64,000 bases of DNA from Clostridia bacterium. GTDB lineage: Bacteria > Bacillota > Clostridia > Oscillospirales > CAG-382. Each line of letters begins with the position of its first letter. Within the stretch, counting starts at the first letter, position 1. A program made the position numbers and the translations under genes. The stretch covers positions 291 through 64,290 of the forward strand of contig JAFQHW010000041.1 of the NCBI GenBank assembly GCA_017397805.1, in the 5' to 3' direction. Positions 1-10,131 of the stretch are shown here, one piece after another. The notes beneath the pieces are model-generated. The model saw nothing but the letters and a program-made list of their open reading frames with translations. It did not search any database and was not told where the DNA came from.

Positions 1-64
1 GCCCGTGCAGTCCTTGATGCTATGGAACGCACCGGCTGAATGCAAAACCAAATGGATTTCACAA

Positions 65-96
65 TGCCGACTTCGAGAACAATCTTGAAGTCGGCA
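65..96. terminator. Hairpin between a + strand ORF end (in-frame stop at 37-39) and the convergent SASP gene; possible bidirectional terminator
   Basis: Perfect 10-bp inverted repeat TGCCGACTTC (65-74) / GAAGTCGGCA (87-96). Flanking T-runs are weak. Confidence 0.4.
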
Positions 97-163
97 CTGT
101 TAATGTATTGACGTTCAGCATGCGTGTTAGGAATATATTTGCGATATGTACTGTGATTTCCAA

Positions 164-412
164 TTATACAGTGAGTAAAAACTTATACTTAACAGCCGTT
201 TTATGTCCACTGGAGCTACGACATTTGCGATCGAAGCTAATAGTTCGTATGGGAGTAATGTTTTTAACCATCTGACCGCCGATGCTGCCTGCCTGCTTAG
301 AAGTGAGGTCGCCGTTGTAACCCTGCTTAAGGTTAACGCCTACTTCGTTTGCTGCTTCCATCTTAAACTTATTCATAGCTTCTCTTGCAGAAGGAACTAA
401 TGTCTTTTTCAT
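164..412 (-). CDS. Small acid-soluble spore protein, alpha/beta type, with an atypical C-terminal tail
   Basis: ORF 164..535 trimmed to the ATG at 412 (AGGAGA 6 nt upstream). Residues 1-50 (KTLVPSAREAMNKFKMEAANEVGV...GDLTSKQAGSIGGQMVK) match the alpha/beta SASP signature. Confidence 0.8.
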   Translation of the reverse strand: MKKTLVPSAREAMNKFKMEAANEVGVNLKQGYNGDLTSKQAGSIGGQMVKNITPIRTISFDRKCRSSSGHKTAVKYKFLLTV

Positions 413-509
413 TGTAATTCTCCTTAATAATTTGAATGCAAGGCTTATTGCCTCGGAACTATTTTGTGTTTTTGCATTCAATTTATACTGGTAATTTAAG
501 GAAAACAAA

Positions 510-1442
510 TCAAAGCCACTTCTTATAGAAAGCAAATGCAGTAGCGATACCCGTCAGAATAGCCGCAACACCTAAAACAATATAAAAACCAAAAGAATTG
601 TTTTCAAACGGTATGGGAGTGTTAATGCCCCACAATGCAAATATTATTTGCGGCACCGTCAGTATTATGGTTACCGCCGCAAGCAGTTTCATAACCGAGT
701 TCAGGTTATTGGAAATAACTCCCGAATACGCCTCCATCGTTCTTGAAAGAATATCTCTATAGATAGCACACATTTCTATCGCCTGTCTGTTTTCAACAAT
801 CACGTCTTCAAGCAGCTCCGCATCTTCGGGGTAATCTATTATAAACTTCGTTCTCAGCAGTTTTTCAAGCACGGCTTCGTCGCCCTTGAGTCCTGTTGAA
901 AAGTAAACCAGTCCTTTTTCTATATGGAGTATCCGAAGCAGTTCCTTATTTCCCGTATTCTTCTTTAATTCCCTCTCTGCAAAAGTTCCCTCTTTTTCCG
1001 CTTGTCTCAGGTACCCCAAAAAAAGAGTAGCATTATGATATAGCATTTGCAAAACGAATCTTCTGTACTTTTTAGAGCTTCTTACCTTTGCACTTCCGTT
1101 AATAACCGCCCCACATAGAGCAGTATCGCGTAAACATATGGTGACTATCCCTTTTTTCGTAACCAAAATACCGAAAGGCAGAGTGGAATACTCATTACCG
1201 TTTTCCGTTGGATTGCACACCGGAGTATCTACAATAATCAGCGTGGAGTCGTCTTCGATATCTATTCGGCTTCTTTCCTCTTCGTCCAACGCCGCACGGA
1301 TAAAATGTTCGGGGATTTCAAAAGCGTTTCTTAAAAAGATTTGCTCTTCCCTATTGGGTGAAACAACGCAAGTCCAACATCCCTCTTGATAATCGGTTAG
1401 TTCGGTCAAATATCCGTCCTTGATCAAATAAAATTTAAGCAT
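510..1442 (-). CDS. corA: CorA-family divalent metal ion transporter (GIN variant of the GMN motif)
   Basis: ORF 510..1529 trimmed to the ATG at 1442 (GGAGGA 6 nt upstream). It has a soluble N-domain and two C-terminal TM helices joined by LWGINTPIPF at the position of YGMNF. Confidence 0.8.
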   Translation of the reverse strand: MLKFYLIKDGYLTELTDYQEGCWTCVVSPNREEQIFLRNAFEIPEHFIRAALDEEERSRIDIEDDSTLIIVDTPVCNPTENGNEYSTLPFGILVTKKGIVTICLRDTALCGAVINGSAKVRSSKKYRRFVLQMLYHNATLFLGYLRQAEKEGTFAERELKKNTGNKELLRILHIEKGLVYFSTGLKGDEAVLEKLLRTKFIIDYPEDAELLEDVIVENRQAIEMCAIYRDILSRTMEAYSGVISNNLNSVMKLLAAVTIILTVPQIIFALWGINTPIPFENNSFGFYIVLGVAAILTGIATAFAFYKKWL

Positions 1443-1487
1443 AAAAAATCCTCCCACAACAGTGTGACGACACACCGCCCGAGAGGA
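1443..1487 (-). promoter_or_regulatory. SD-sequestering, terminator-like hairpin at the 3' end of the corA leader
   Basis: The minus-strand RNA pairs UCCUCUC (1487..1481) with GGGAGGA (1455..1449, the RBS). An inner GUGUG/CACAC stem is present, followed by U6 (1448..1443) and then the AUG. Confidence 0.55.
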
Positions 1488-1606
1488 AAAGCAAAAAAAG
1501 CTTAAAAGGTCGCAGGCGGTATGTAGCACATATTCTTTTCGCTAACACATAATCGAGAGCCGCTGTCCATAGCCTGCACCCCTTTCTTAATTAATATGAC
1601 ACACTT

Positions 1607-1635
1607 ATTATACGCAATCTGCTCAAAAGTGTCAA
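1607..1635 (-). promoter_or_regulatory. Sigma-A type promoter for corA
   Basis: Minus strand TTGACA (1635..1630), 17 nt, TATAAT (1612..1607): a perfect consensus ~165 nt upstream of the start codon. Confidence 0.65.
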
Positions 1636-1657
1636 GTGCGTAATTCTATTATACGAC

Positions 1658-1700
1658 AAAAGGTGTTTTTGCTAATCAACTTACAGCAAAAACACCTTTT
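1658..1700 (-). terminator. Rho-independent terminator after groEL (symmetric, with T/A runs on both sides)
   Basis: Perfect 16-bp inverted repeat AAAAGGTGTTTTTGCT (1658-1673) / AGCAAAAACACCTTTT (1685-1700), 11 nt after the groEL stop. Confidence 0.85.
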
Positions 1701-1711
1701 ACGTTTAATTA

Positions 1712-3668
<1,957 letters not shown>

Positions 3669-3691
3669 TCATATATATTTATCGGTTTTGT

Positions 3692-3720
3692 ATTTTAGCA
3701 TATTTAGCCAAAACATTCAA
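3692..3720 (-). promoter_or_regulatory. Candidate internal sigma-A promoter in front of groES (no CIRCE here)
   Basis: Minus strand TTGAAT (3720..3715), 17 nt, TAAAAT (3697..3692), ~45 nt upstream of the groES ATG. Confidence 0.45.
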
Positions 3721-3750
3721 TAGCTATTTACCTAACTCTGAAATAATTCC

Positions 3751-4875
3751 TTACTTTTTGTTTTTGAAAAATTGATAGTATAGACAAGGGATCATACCGT
3801 TATACAGCTTCCTGACCTTATCCGCCCTTCTGCCGAAACACTTCTCAAACATCTCGTTACACGTAAGCACGTATATCTGCCAATTCGGTACCGAGTTTGA
3901 AAAGGCTTTTCCCATTTCTTTATACAAAAGCTCTGCTTCCTTACGGTCGCTCATTCGCTCGCCGTAAGGAGGATTACACACGATAGTGCCCCTTGCACCG
4001 TCTATGGGGGACTTAAATTTCCTTACGTCTGCCACGGAAAAGTCAACCAAATCGGCAACACCTGCCCTTTTTGCGTTTTGGCGGGATATTTCTATACAGT
4101 TCGGGTCAACGTCCATGCCGTATATTCCGCCCTCCCAAGGCTTAATTTTTGCCTTTGCTTCCTCCTTAGCATCAATCCATACAGACCTATTGAAAAAGCT
4201 GAGGCCTTCGCCCAAAAAGCTGCGGTTAATACCCGGTGCGGTGTCCGTTACCAGAAGTGCCGTTTCTATAGCAATAGTGCCGCTTCCGCAAAGCGGGTCA
4301 ACGGTCAATACGTTTTCGCGCGGTCTTGAAAGCTTCACCAAAGCCGCCGCCAAGGTTTCTCTGAGAGGAGCGTCGTTGGCTTCGGTACGGTAACCTCTTT
4401 TGTGAAGCCCTATACCGGAAGTGTCAATCATTATAGACGCTTTATCCTTGAGTATAAAGAACTCAATTTGAACTTTGTTACCGGTTTCGGGGAAAACGCT
4501 TAGACTGTAGCTTTTCTTCAGCTTCTCAACTATTGCCTTTTTTACTATTTTTTGACAGTCGGGAATAGAGAACAGCTTAGACTTGATGGCGTGACCTTTT
4601 ACGGGAAAAGCATCATCCTTACCTACATAATCCTGCCAAGGAATGGCCTTTACACCCTCAAACAGCATATCGAAATCGTAAGCATCAAACTGCCCTACCT
4701 GAACAAACAGTCGCTCTGCATATCTGAAAAACACGTTGCAACGCGCAACCGCTTCAGGCGGCGCCTCAAACACGACTCTGCCGTCGATAGTTTCAAGCCT
4801 TTTATATCCCAAAGCATCTATATCGTCGGCAACGAACTTCTCCATGCCAAAAAGACAGCTTGCAACAAATACCAT
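3751..4875 (-). CDS. THUMP-domain class I SAM-dependent RNA methyltransferase (RlmL/YpsC-like, COG0116 type)
   Basis: 374 aa. N-terminal THUMP-like region, SAM pocket DPLCGSGTI, catalytic NPPYGERM motif. AGGAGGA RBS. Confidence 0.85.
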   Translation of the reverse strand: MVFVASCLFGMEKFVADDIDALGYKRLETIDGRVVFEAPPEAVARCNVFFRYAERLFVQVGQFDAYDFDMLFEGVKAIPWQDYVGKDDAFPVKGHAIKSKLFSIPDCQKIVKKAIVEKLKKSYSLSVFPETGNKVQIEFFILKDKASIMIDTSGIGLHKRGYRTEANDAPLRETLAAALVKLSRPRENVLTVDPLCGSGTIAIETALLVTDTAPGINRSFLGEGLSFFNRSVWIDAKEEAKAKIKPWEGGIYGMDVDPNCIEISRQNAKRAGVADLVDFSVADVRKFKSPIDGARGTIVCNPPYGERMSDRKEAELLYKEMGKAFSNSVPNWQIYVLTCNEMFEKCFGRRADKVRKLYNGMIPCLYYQFFKNKK

Positions 4876-4926
4876 AAGTCCTCCTGTTTTCGATTAGCAA
4901 GCGCATAAGCAAAAAGCTTGATAAAA

Positions 4927-4953
4927 TTAGCACTCTCAGCCTTTGTTTGCTAA
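4927..4953 (-). promoter_or_regulatory. CIRCE (HrcA operator) element
   Basis: TTAGCACTC-N9-GTTTGCTAA matches the consensus TTAGCACTC-N9-GAGTGCTAA at 16/18 positions. It starts 8 nt downstream of the -10 box. Confidence 0.75.
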
Positions 4954-4961
4954 CAATTCTT

Positions 4962-4989
4962 ATTATACTCTATTTTTTCTCTTTGTCAA
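4962..4989 (-). promoter_or_regulatory. Sigma-A promoter upstream of the CIRCE / methyltransferase-groESL unit
   Basis: Minus strand TTGACA (4989..4984), 16 nt, TATAAT (4967..4962). Confidence 0.65.
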
Positions 4990-5074
4990 TACTTTTTTAA
5001 AACATTTTCGTTTTCAAAACACAGCATTATTCGCGCAAAATTGGCATTTGCAGATTCATCTTGCTAAATCTCGT

Positions 5075-5125
5075 CTGCATTTTATCATAAAATGCAGTTA
5101 ATGGGAGGGCCTACCCTCCCATTAA
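5075..5125 (-). terminator. Two adjacent hairpins after purL; probable terminator of the pur operon
   Basis: 12-bp perfect stem TTAATGGGAGGG/CCCTCCCATTAA (5098-5125) and 10-bp stem CTGCATTTTA/TAAAATGCAG (5075-5097), ~30 nt after the purL stop. Confidence 0.7.
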
Positions 5126-5155
5126 CTTGCACTATGACTTTTGTCATAAAAAGTA

Positions 5156-8100
5156 TTACTTAAAATACTTCACTGCCGCTTCAAACATACGGATATCGTA
5201 ATTGCCGGGAACGTTCTTGTAAAGTCCGTTACCAACACGCTCACTGTGTCCCATCTTACCGAACACGCGACCGTCGGGAGAGGTTATACCCTCGATTGCA
5301 TACATTGAGTTGTTGGGGTTAAACTGAACGTCTGCAGTTGCCTTCCCATCAAAGTCAACGTACTGAGTTGCAATCTGACCGTTTGCCGCCAGCTTCTTAA
5401 TAAGCTCTTCACTCGCCAAGAACCTACCTTCACCGTGGGAGATAGGAACGTTATAAACGTCACCAACGTTTGTCAACGCCAACCAAGGAGATTTGTTGGA
5501 AGCTACACGGGTTCTTACTATCTTGGATTGGTGACGGGAAATGGTGTTAAATGTAAGAGTGGGGCAATCCTCATCGGTATCGATTATCTTACCGTAAGGA
5601 ACAAGACCCAACTTTATAAGTGCTTGGAAGCCGTTGCAGATACCGCACATAAGACCGTCACGGTTTTCAAGAAGCTCAGTAACGTTTTGCTTAACTGCCT
5701 CATTGCGGAAGAATGCGGTTATAAACTTACCGCTTCCGTCAGGCTCGTCACCGCCGGAAAAGCCGCCGGGGATGAATACCACCTGAGCACTCTTGAGACT
5801 TTCGGCAAATGCTTCAACACTGCGCTTTATACCGTCTGCACTAAGGTTATTGATAACCATTATCTCAGGAGTTGCGCCTGCATTTCTTACTGCTTTTGCA
5901 CTGTCGTATTCGCAATTAGTGCCGGGGAATACGGGAATCAAAACCTTGGGGGAAGCAACCTTCAAAGCCGGTGCTGAACGCTCACTCGCTTCATAAGAAA
6001 AGGTTTCGATATTGCTTTGTGTTTGCTCTATGTTACAAGAATAAACGCTTTCAAGCTTACCCTCGTACTTATCGGCCAAATCGCTAAGACTTATCTTATC
6101 GCCGTTATACTCTATAACGCTGTCTGTCACGGTTTCACCGATTATCATTGCATCGGCATCGTCTGCAAGCTCTACAATAAACGAGCCGTAATTATAACCG
6201 AATATATCGGAAACGGAGAGTTTATCGTTAAATTTAAAGCCTATGCCGTTACCGAAGCACATTTTCATAACAGCTTCGCCTATACCGCCTATACAAGGAG
6301 TGTATATTGCAAGTGCTTTACCCTCTTCAACCAGCTTTGTAACTTTATTGAAACAGTTTACAAGACTTTCGGCTACGGGAAGTCCTTTTTCGTTATATTC
6401 AGGCGCTATCAAAGCAACCTTATGACCTACGCCCTTAAATTCGGGAGAAATTACGTTTTGTGTCTTGCCCATGGTAACGGCGAAAGACACAAGCGTAGGA
6501 GGAACGTGAAGATCTTCAAATGAACCGCTCATTGAGTCTTTTCCGCCTATGGAACCTATACCAAGATCCATCTGCGCTTCAAAAGCACCGAGAAGTGCCG
6601 CAAAAGGCTTGCCCCAACGCTCGGGAGCCTTCAAAGGCTTTTCAAAATACTCTTGGAATGTCAAATACACATCCTTGAAATCGGCACCGCCCGCGATAAG
6701 CTTGGATACGGATTCTACTACCGCCAAATACGCACCGTGGTACGGACTTTGCTCGGAGATATAAGGGTTATAACCCCAGGACATATAGGAGCAATTGTCA
6801 GTGTACTTTTCCTCCATAGACACTTTTTGAACCATGGACTGTGCGGGTGTGCGCTGATTCTTGCCGCCGAAGGGCATAATAACCGTACCGGCACCGATGG
6901 TAGAGTCAAAGCGCTCGGAAAGACCGCGCTTTGAACAAGTGTTAAGGTCGCAAGCAACAAGCTCCATATTGGAAACGAAGTCACCGCTTATAACCTTTTC
7001 GGGCAACTTAGCTTTTGCGGGAGCTACCGATATATGCTTATCCGCGCCGTTGGAGTTCAAGAACTCACGGCTGATGTCAACGATTTTATTGCCCTTCCAT
7101 ACCATGGTAAGTCTGGGCTCTTCAGTAACGTTAGCTACGACGGTTGCCTGCAAGTTCTCGCTATACGCAAGGGCAAGGAAAGCATCTGCATCCTTTGCCT
7201 CAACAACCACTGCCATACGTTCCTGAGATTCACTTATGGCAAGCTCGGTACCGTCAAGGCCTTCGTACTTCTTGGGAACGGCATCAAGGTTTATGTAAAG
7301 ACCGTCGGCAAGCTCGCCAATAGCTACAGAAACACCGCCTGCGCCAAAATCGTTACAACGCTTGATCATTCTGCAAGCCACAGGATTTCTGAAAAGGCGC
7401 TGAAGCTTTCTTTCTTCAGGCGCGTTACCCTTTTGAACCTCTGCACCGCAACTCTCCAAGGACTTGGACGTGTGAGACTTAGAGGAACCTGTAGCACCGC
7501 CGCAACCGTCTCTGCCGGTGGCGCCGCCCAACAGAATTACAACGTCGCCTGCAGCGGGACGCTCTCTTCTTACGTTAGCTTGAGGTGCCGCCGCGATAAC
7601 CGCACCTATCTCCATACGCTTTGCGGCATAACCGGGATGATAAACTTCGTCAACGATGCCCGTTGAAATACCTATCTGATTGCCGTAGGAGGAATAACCT
7701 GCGGCGGCGGTAGTAACTATTTTTCTCTGAGGGAGCTTTCCCTTTATGGTTTCGCTTACGGGCTTTAAGGGATCAGCCGCGCCCGTAACACGCATTGCGC
7801 CGTAAACGTAGGAACGACCTGAAAGCGGGTCACGGATTGCGCCGCCGATACAAGTAGCGGCACCGCCGAAGGGCTCAATTTCCGTAGGATGGTTATGTGT
7901 TTCGTTTTTAAACAACAAAAGCCAAGGCTCTTTTTTACCGTCTGCTTCCACCTCTATTTTTACGGTACAAGCGTTTATTTCCTCAGACTCGTCAAGCTTA
8001 TCAAGCTTACCGTTTTCCTTAAGATATTTAACCGCAAGAGTGGCAATATCCATAAGGCATACGGGCTTTGTTCTGCCCAATTCTTTTCTTGTATCCAAAT

Positions 8101-8842
8101 ACCTGTTGTAGGCATTTTGCAAAAGTTCGTCTTCAAACTTGACGTCATCGATTATTGTGAGGAAGGTGGTATGTCTGCAGTGGTCGGACCAATACGTATC
8201 TATCATTCGTATCTCGGTAATGGTAGGGTTTCTACCCTCTTTTATGAAATACTTTTGGCAAAATGCAATGTCTTCCTCATCCATTGCCAGGCCGTAGTCT
8301 GCCACAAACTTTTTAAGCCCGTCCCTATCAAGGTCATTAAAGCCTTCCATAACGGCTACGGTGGTGGGTAACGAATAATCCATCGCCAAGGTTTCCGGCA
8401 AATCAAGGCTTGCTTCTCTTGCCTCAACGGGGTTTATAACGTACTTCTTGATCTCTGCAACCTGTGCATCGCTAAGCTTGCCGTAAAGACCGTAGATTTT
8501 TGCGGTCTTTACTACGGGGCGCTCGCCTTGAGAAATTATTTGTATACACTGGGCGGCGGAATCTGCTCTCTGGTCGAATTGACCCGGTAGATATTCCACA
8601 CCGAAGCATACACAATCCTTCAAAGGAAGCTCATCATAAACAATATCCAACTGAGGCTCGGAAAACACAGCGGTTTTTGCATAGTTAAAAAGCCCCTCTT
8701 CAATGTTTTCTGTATCATATCTGTTCAGAAGTCTTATATCCTCAAGCTCGCTTATACCAAGCAAGCTGCGAACATCGGAAAGCAAAGCCTTCGCTTCGTT
8801 TTCCAACCCCTTCTTTTTTTCCACATATACTCTGTATACCAT
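5156..8842 (-). CDS. purL: Phosphoribosylformylglycinamidine synthase, single-chain large form (FGAM synthase)
   Basis: 1228 aa. Fused synthetase plus C-terminal glutaminase with an intact nucleophile elbow (LMCGICNGFQAL). The start overlaps the purD stop (TAATG). Confidence 0.97.
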   Translation of the reverse strand: MVYRVYVEKKKGLENEAKALLSDVRSLLGISELEDIRLLNRYDTENIEEGLFNYAKTAVFSEPQLDIVYDELPLKDCVCFGVEYLPGQFDQRADSAAQCIQIISQGERPVVKTAKIYGLYGKLSDAQVAEIKKYVINPVEAREASLDLPETLAMDYSLPTTVAVMEGFNDLDRDGLKKFVADYGLAMDEEDIAFCQKYFIKEGRNPTITEIRMIDTYWSDHCRHTTFLTIIDDVKFEDELLQNAYNRYLDTRKELGRTKPVCLMDIATLAVKYLKENGKLDKLDESEEINACTVKIEVEADGKKEPWLLLFKNETHNHPTEIEPFGGAATCIGGAIRDPLSGRSYVYGAMRVTGAADPLKPVSETIKGKLPQRKIVTTAAAGYSSYGNQIGISTGIVDEVYHPGYAAKRMEIGAVIAAAPQANVRRERPAAGDVVILLGGATGRDGCGGATGSSKSHTSKSLESCGAEVQKGNAPEERKLQRLFRNPVACRMIKRCNDFGAGGVSVAIGELADGLYINLDAVPKKYEGLDGTELAISESQERMAVVVEAKDADAFLALAYSENLQATVVANVTEEPRLTMVWKGNKIVDISREFLNSNGADKHISVAPAKAKLPEKVISGDFVSNMELVACDLNTCSKRGLSERFDSTIGAGTVIMPFGGKNQRTPAQSMVQKVSMEEKYTDNCSYMSWGYNPYISEQSPYHGAYLAVVESVSKLIAGGADFKDVYLTFQEYFEKPLKAPERWGKPFAALLGAFEAQMDLGIGSIGGKDSMSGSFEDLHVPPTLVSFAVTMGKTQNVISPEFKGVGHKVALIAPEYNEKGLPVAESLVNCFNKVTKLVEEGKALAIYTPCIGGIGEAVMKMCFGNGIGFKFNDKLSVSDIFGYNYGSFIVELADDADAMIIGETVTDSVIEYNGDKISLSDLADKYEGKLESVYSCNIEQTQSNIETFSYEASERSAPALKVASPKVLIPVFPGTNCEYDSAKAVRNAGATPEIMVINNLSADGIKRSVEAFAESLKSAQVVFIPGGFSGGDEPDGSGKFITAFFRNEAVKQNVTELLENRDGLMCGICNGFQALIKLGLVPYGKIIDTDEDCPTLTFNTISRHQSKIVRTRVASNKSPWLALTNVGDVYNVPISHGEGRFLASEELIKKLAANGQIATQYVDFDGKATADVQFNPNNSMYAIEGITSPDGRVFGKMGHSERVGNGLYKNVPGNYDIRMFEAAVKYFK

Positions 8843-10113
8843 TATTCACCCTCCGTTGCGGCAAGTGCTTTTTTACCTATATCATTACGATAATAAGCGT
8901 TATCAAAAGAGATTTCCTTAACATAAGAGTAAGACTTGTTTATTGCCTCGCCTAAACTGTCGGCAGTAGCGGTAACACCAAGAACTCTGCCGCCAGAGGT
9001 TACGAGCTTACCTGCCTTCAAAGCCGCACCCGCAACAAACACCTTATCGTTTATATTTTCGGGAATGCTTATTTCGAAGCCCTTATCGTACTTTTCGGGG
9101 TATCCCTTGGATGCCATAATAACGCAACAAGCGTGGGCATCCTCAAACTCAACCTTTATATCTCCCAAGGTACCGTTGGTAACAGCCTGCATAACCGTAA
9201 GCAAATCTGTTTTTAACAAGGGTAAAACCACCTGAGTTTCAGGATCACCGAAACGGCAGTTGTATTCTATTACTTTAGGTCCGTTAGGAGTAAGCATTAA
9301 GCCAAAATACAAGCACCCCTTAAAGCTTCTGCCTTCTGCATTCATAGCGTTTACGGTGGGCATAAAAATGCTCTCCATACACTCTTTAGCTATGCCGGCC
9401 GTGTAATAAGGGTTAGGAGCTACGGTACCCATACCGCCGGTGTTTAAGCCTTTATCGCCGTCGCACGCGCGCTTATGGTCCATGGAGGAAACCATGGGAT
9501 ATAAAGTTTTTCCGTCTGTAAATGCCAAAACGGAAACTTCAGGACCTGTCAAGAACTCCTCTATAACTATCCGGTCGCCGCTTTTACCGAAAGCCTTATC
9601 CTCCATTATGGAGTTAACGGCATCGCAAGCCGCTTCTCGCGTTTCGGCAATGATAACGCCCTTGCCCAAAGCAAGTCCGTCAGCTTTGATTACCGTGGGG
9701 ATGGGAGCATCCTTCAAATAATCAAGCGCCGCCTTTGCATTATCGAACACTTCATATTTGGCCGTGGGGATGCCGTATTTTTTCATAAGGTTTTTTGAGA
9801 AAACTTTGCTGCCTTCAATTATAGCCGCTTCCGCGCGCGGACCGAAACAAGGTATGCCCTTTTCCTCAAGCGCGTTAACAGCACCTAAAACCAGCGGGTC
9901 ATCCGGAGCTACTATAGCATAATCAATAGAATTCTCAACAGCAAAATCACAAATACCCTCTATATCTTTAGCACCGATATCAACGCAAGTGGCATCAGCC
10001 GCTATACCGCCGTTACCCGGAAGCGCAAAAATCTCGGTTACGGATTTATTCTCTTTTATCTTTTTAATTATGGCGTGCTCTCTGCCGCCGCCGCCTACAA
10101 CTAAAATCTTCAT
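8842..10113 (-). CDS. purD: Phosphoribosylamine--glycine ligase
   Basis: 423 aa, MKILVVGGGGREHAI..., ATP-grasp GARS sequence throughout. Confidence 0.97.
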   Translation of the reverse strand: MKILVVGGGGREHAIIKKIKENKSVTEIFALPGNGGIAADATCVDIGAKDIEGICDFAVENSIDYAIVAPDDPLVLGAVNALEEKGIPCFGPRAEAAIIEGSKVFSKNLMKKYGIPTAKYEVFDNAKAALDYLKDAPIPTVIKADGLALGKGVIIAETREAACDAVNSIMEDKAFGKSGDRIVIEEFLTGPEVSVLAFTDGKTLYPMVSSMDHKRACDGDKGLNTGGMGTVAPNPYYTAGIAKECMESIFMPTVNAMNAEGRSFKGCLYFGLMLTPNGPKVIEYNCRFGDPETQVVLPLLKTDLLTVMQAVTNGTLGDIKVEFEDAHACCVIMASKGYPEKYDKGFEISIPENINDKVFVAGAALKAGKLVTSGGRVLGVTATADSLGEAINKSYSYVKEISFDNAYYRNDIGKKALAATEGE

Positions 10114-10131
10114 TAAAATCTACCTCAAAAA

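Noticed and set aside
432-480. A 9-bp perfect inverted repeat, TTGAATGCA (432-440) / TGCATTCAA (472-480), between the corA stop and the SASP start. It could be an operator, a terminator or a forespore sigma-G promoter.
   Set aside because: - The loop is long (31 nt).
- There is no U-run.
- I could not place a convincing sigma-G/sigma-F -35/-10 pair.
- This is too weak to call as a feature.
1443-1529. The N-terminal extension of the corA ORF (MLHTACDLLSFFCFSSRAVCRHTVVGGFF…). Analogous upstream extensions occur for groEL (3350-3370), purN, purM, the SBP (TTG 37222), yifB (TTG 42689), the RR (48873), the VanY-like gene, DRTGG (TTG 60278) and the lipoprotein (TTG 63864).
   Set aside because: - In each case an internal ATG with a good Shine-Dalgarno at 5-10 nt matches the conserved N-terminus of the family.
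- The extensions overlap upstream genes or leader structures.
1488-1606. Whether the corA leader is an M-box (ykoK) Mg2+ riboswitch.
   Set aside because: - I could not find the conserved M-box core strings (GUUAGGUGAGGCU, GGGUCAACAG, CAGUGCUAAAGCUC in the right order).
- The foldable region is about half the M-box length.
- It is kept as an unclassified leader pending a covariance-model search.
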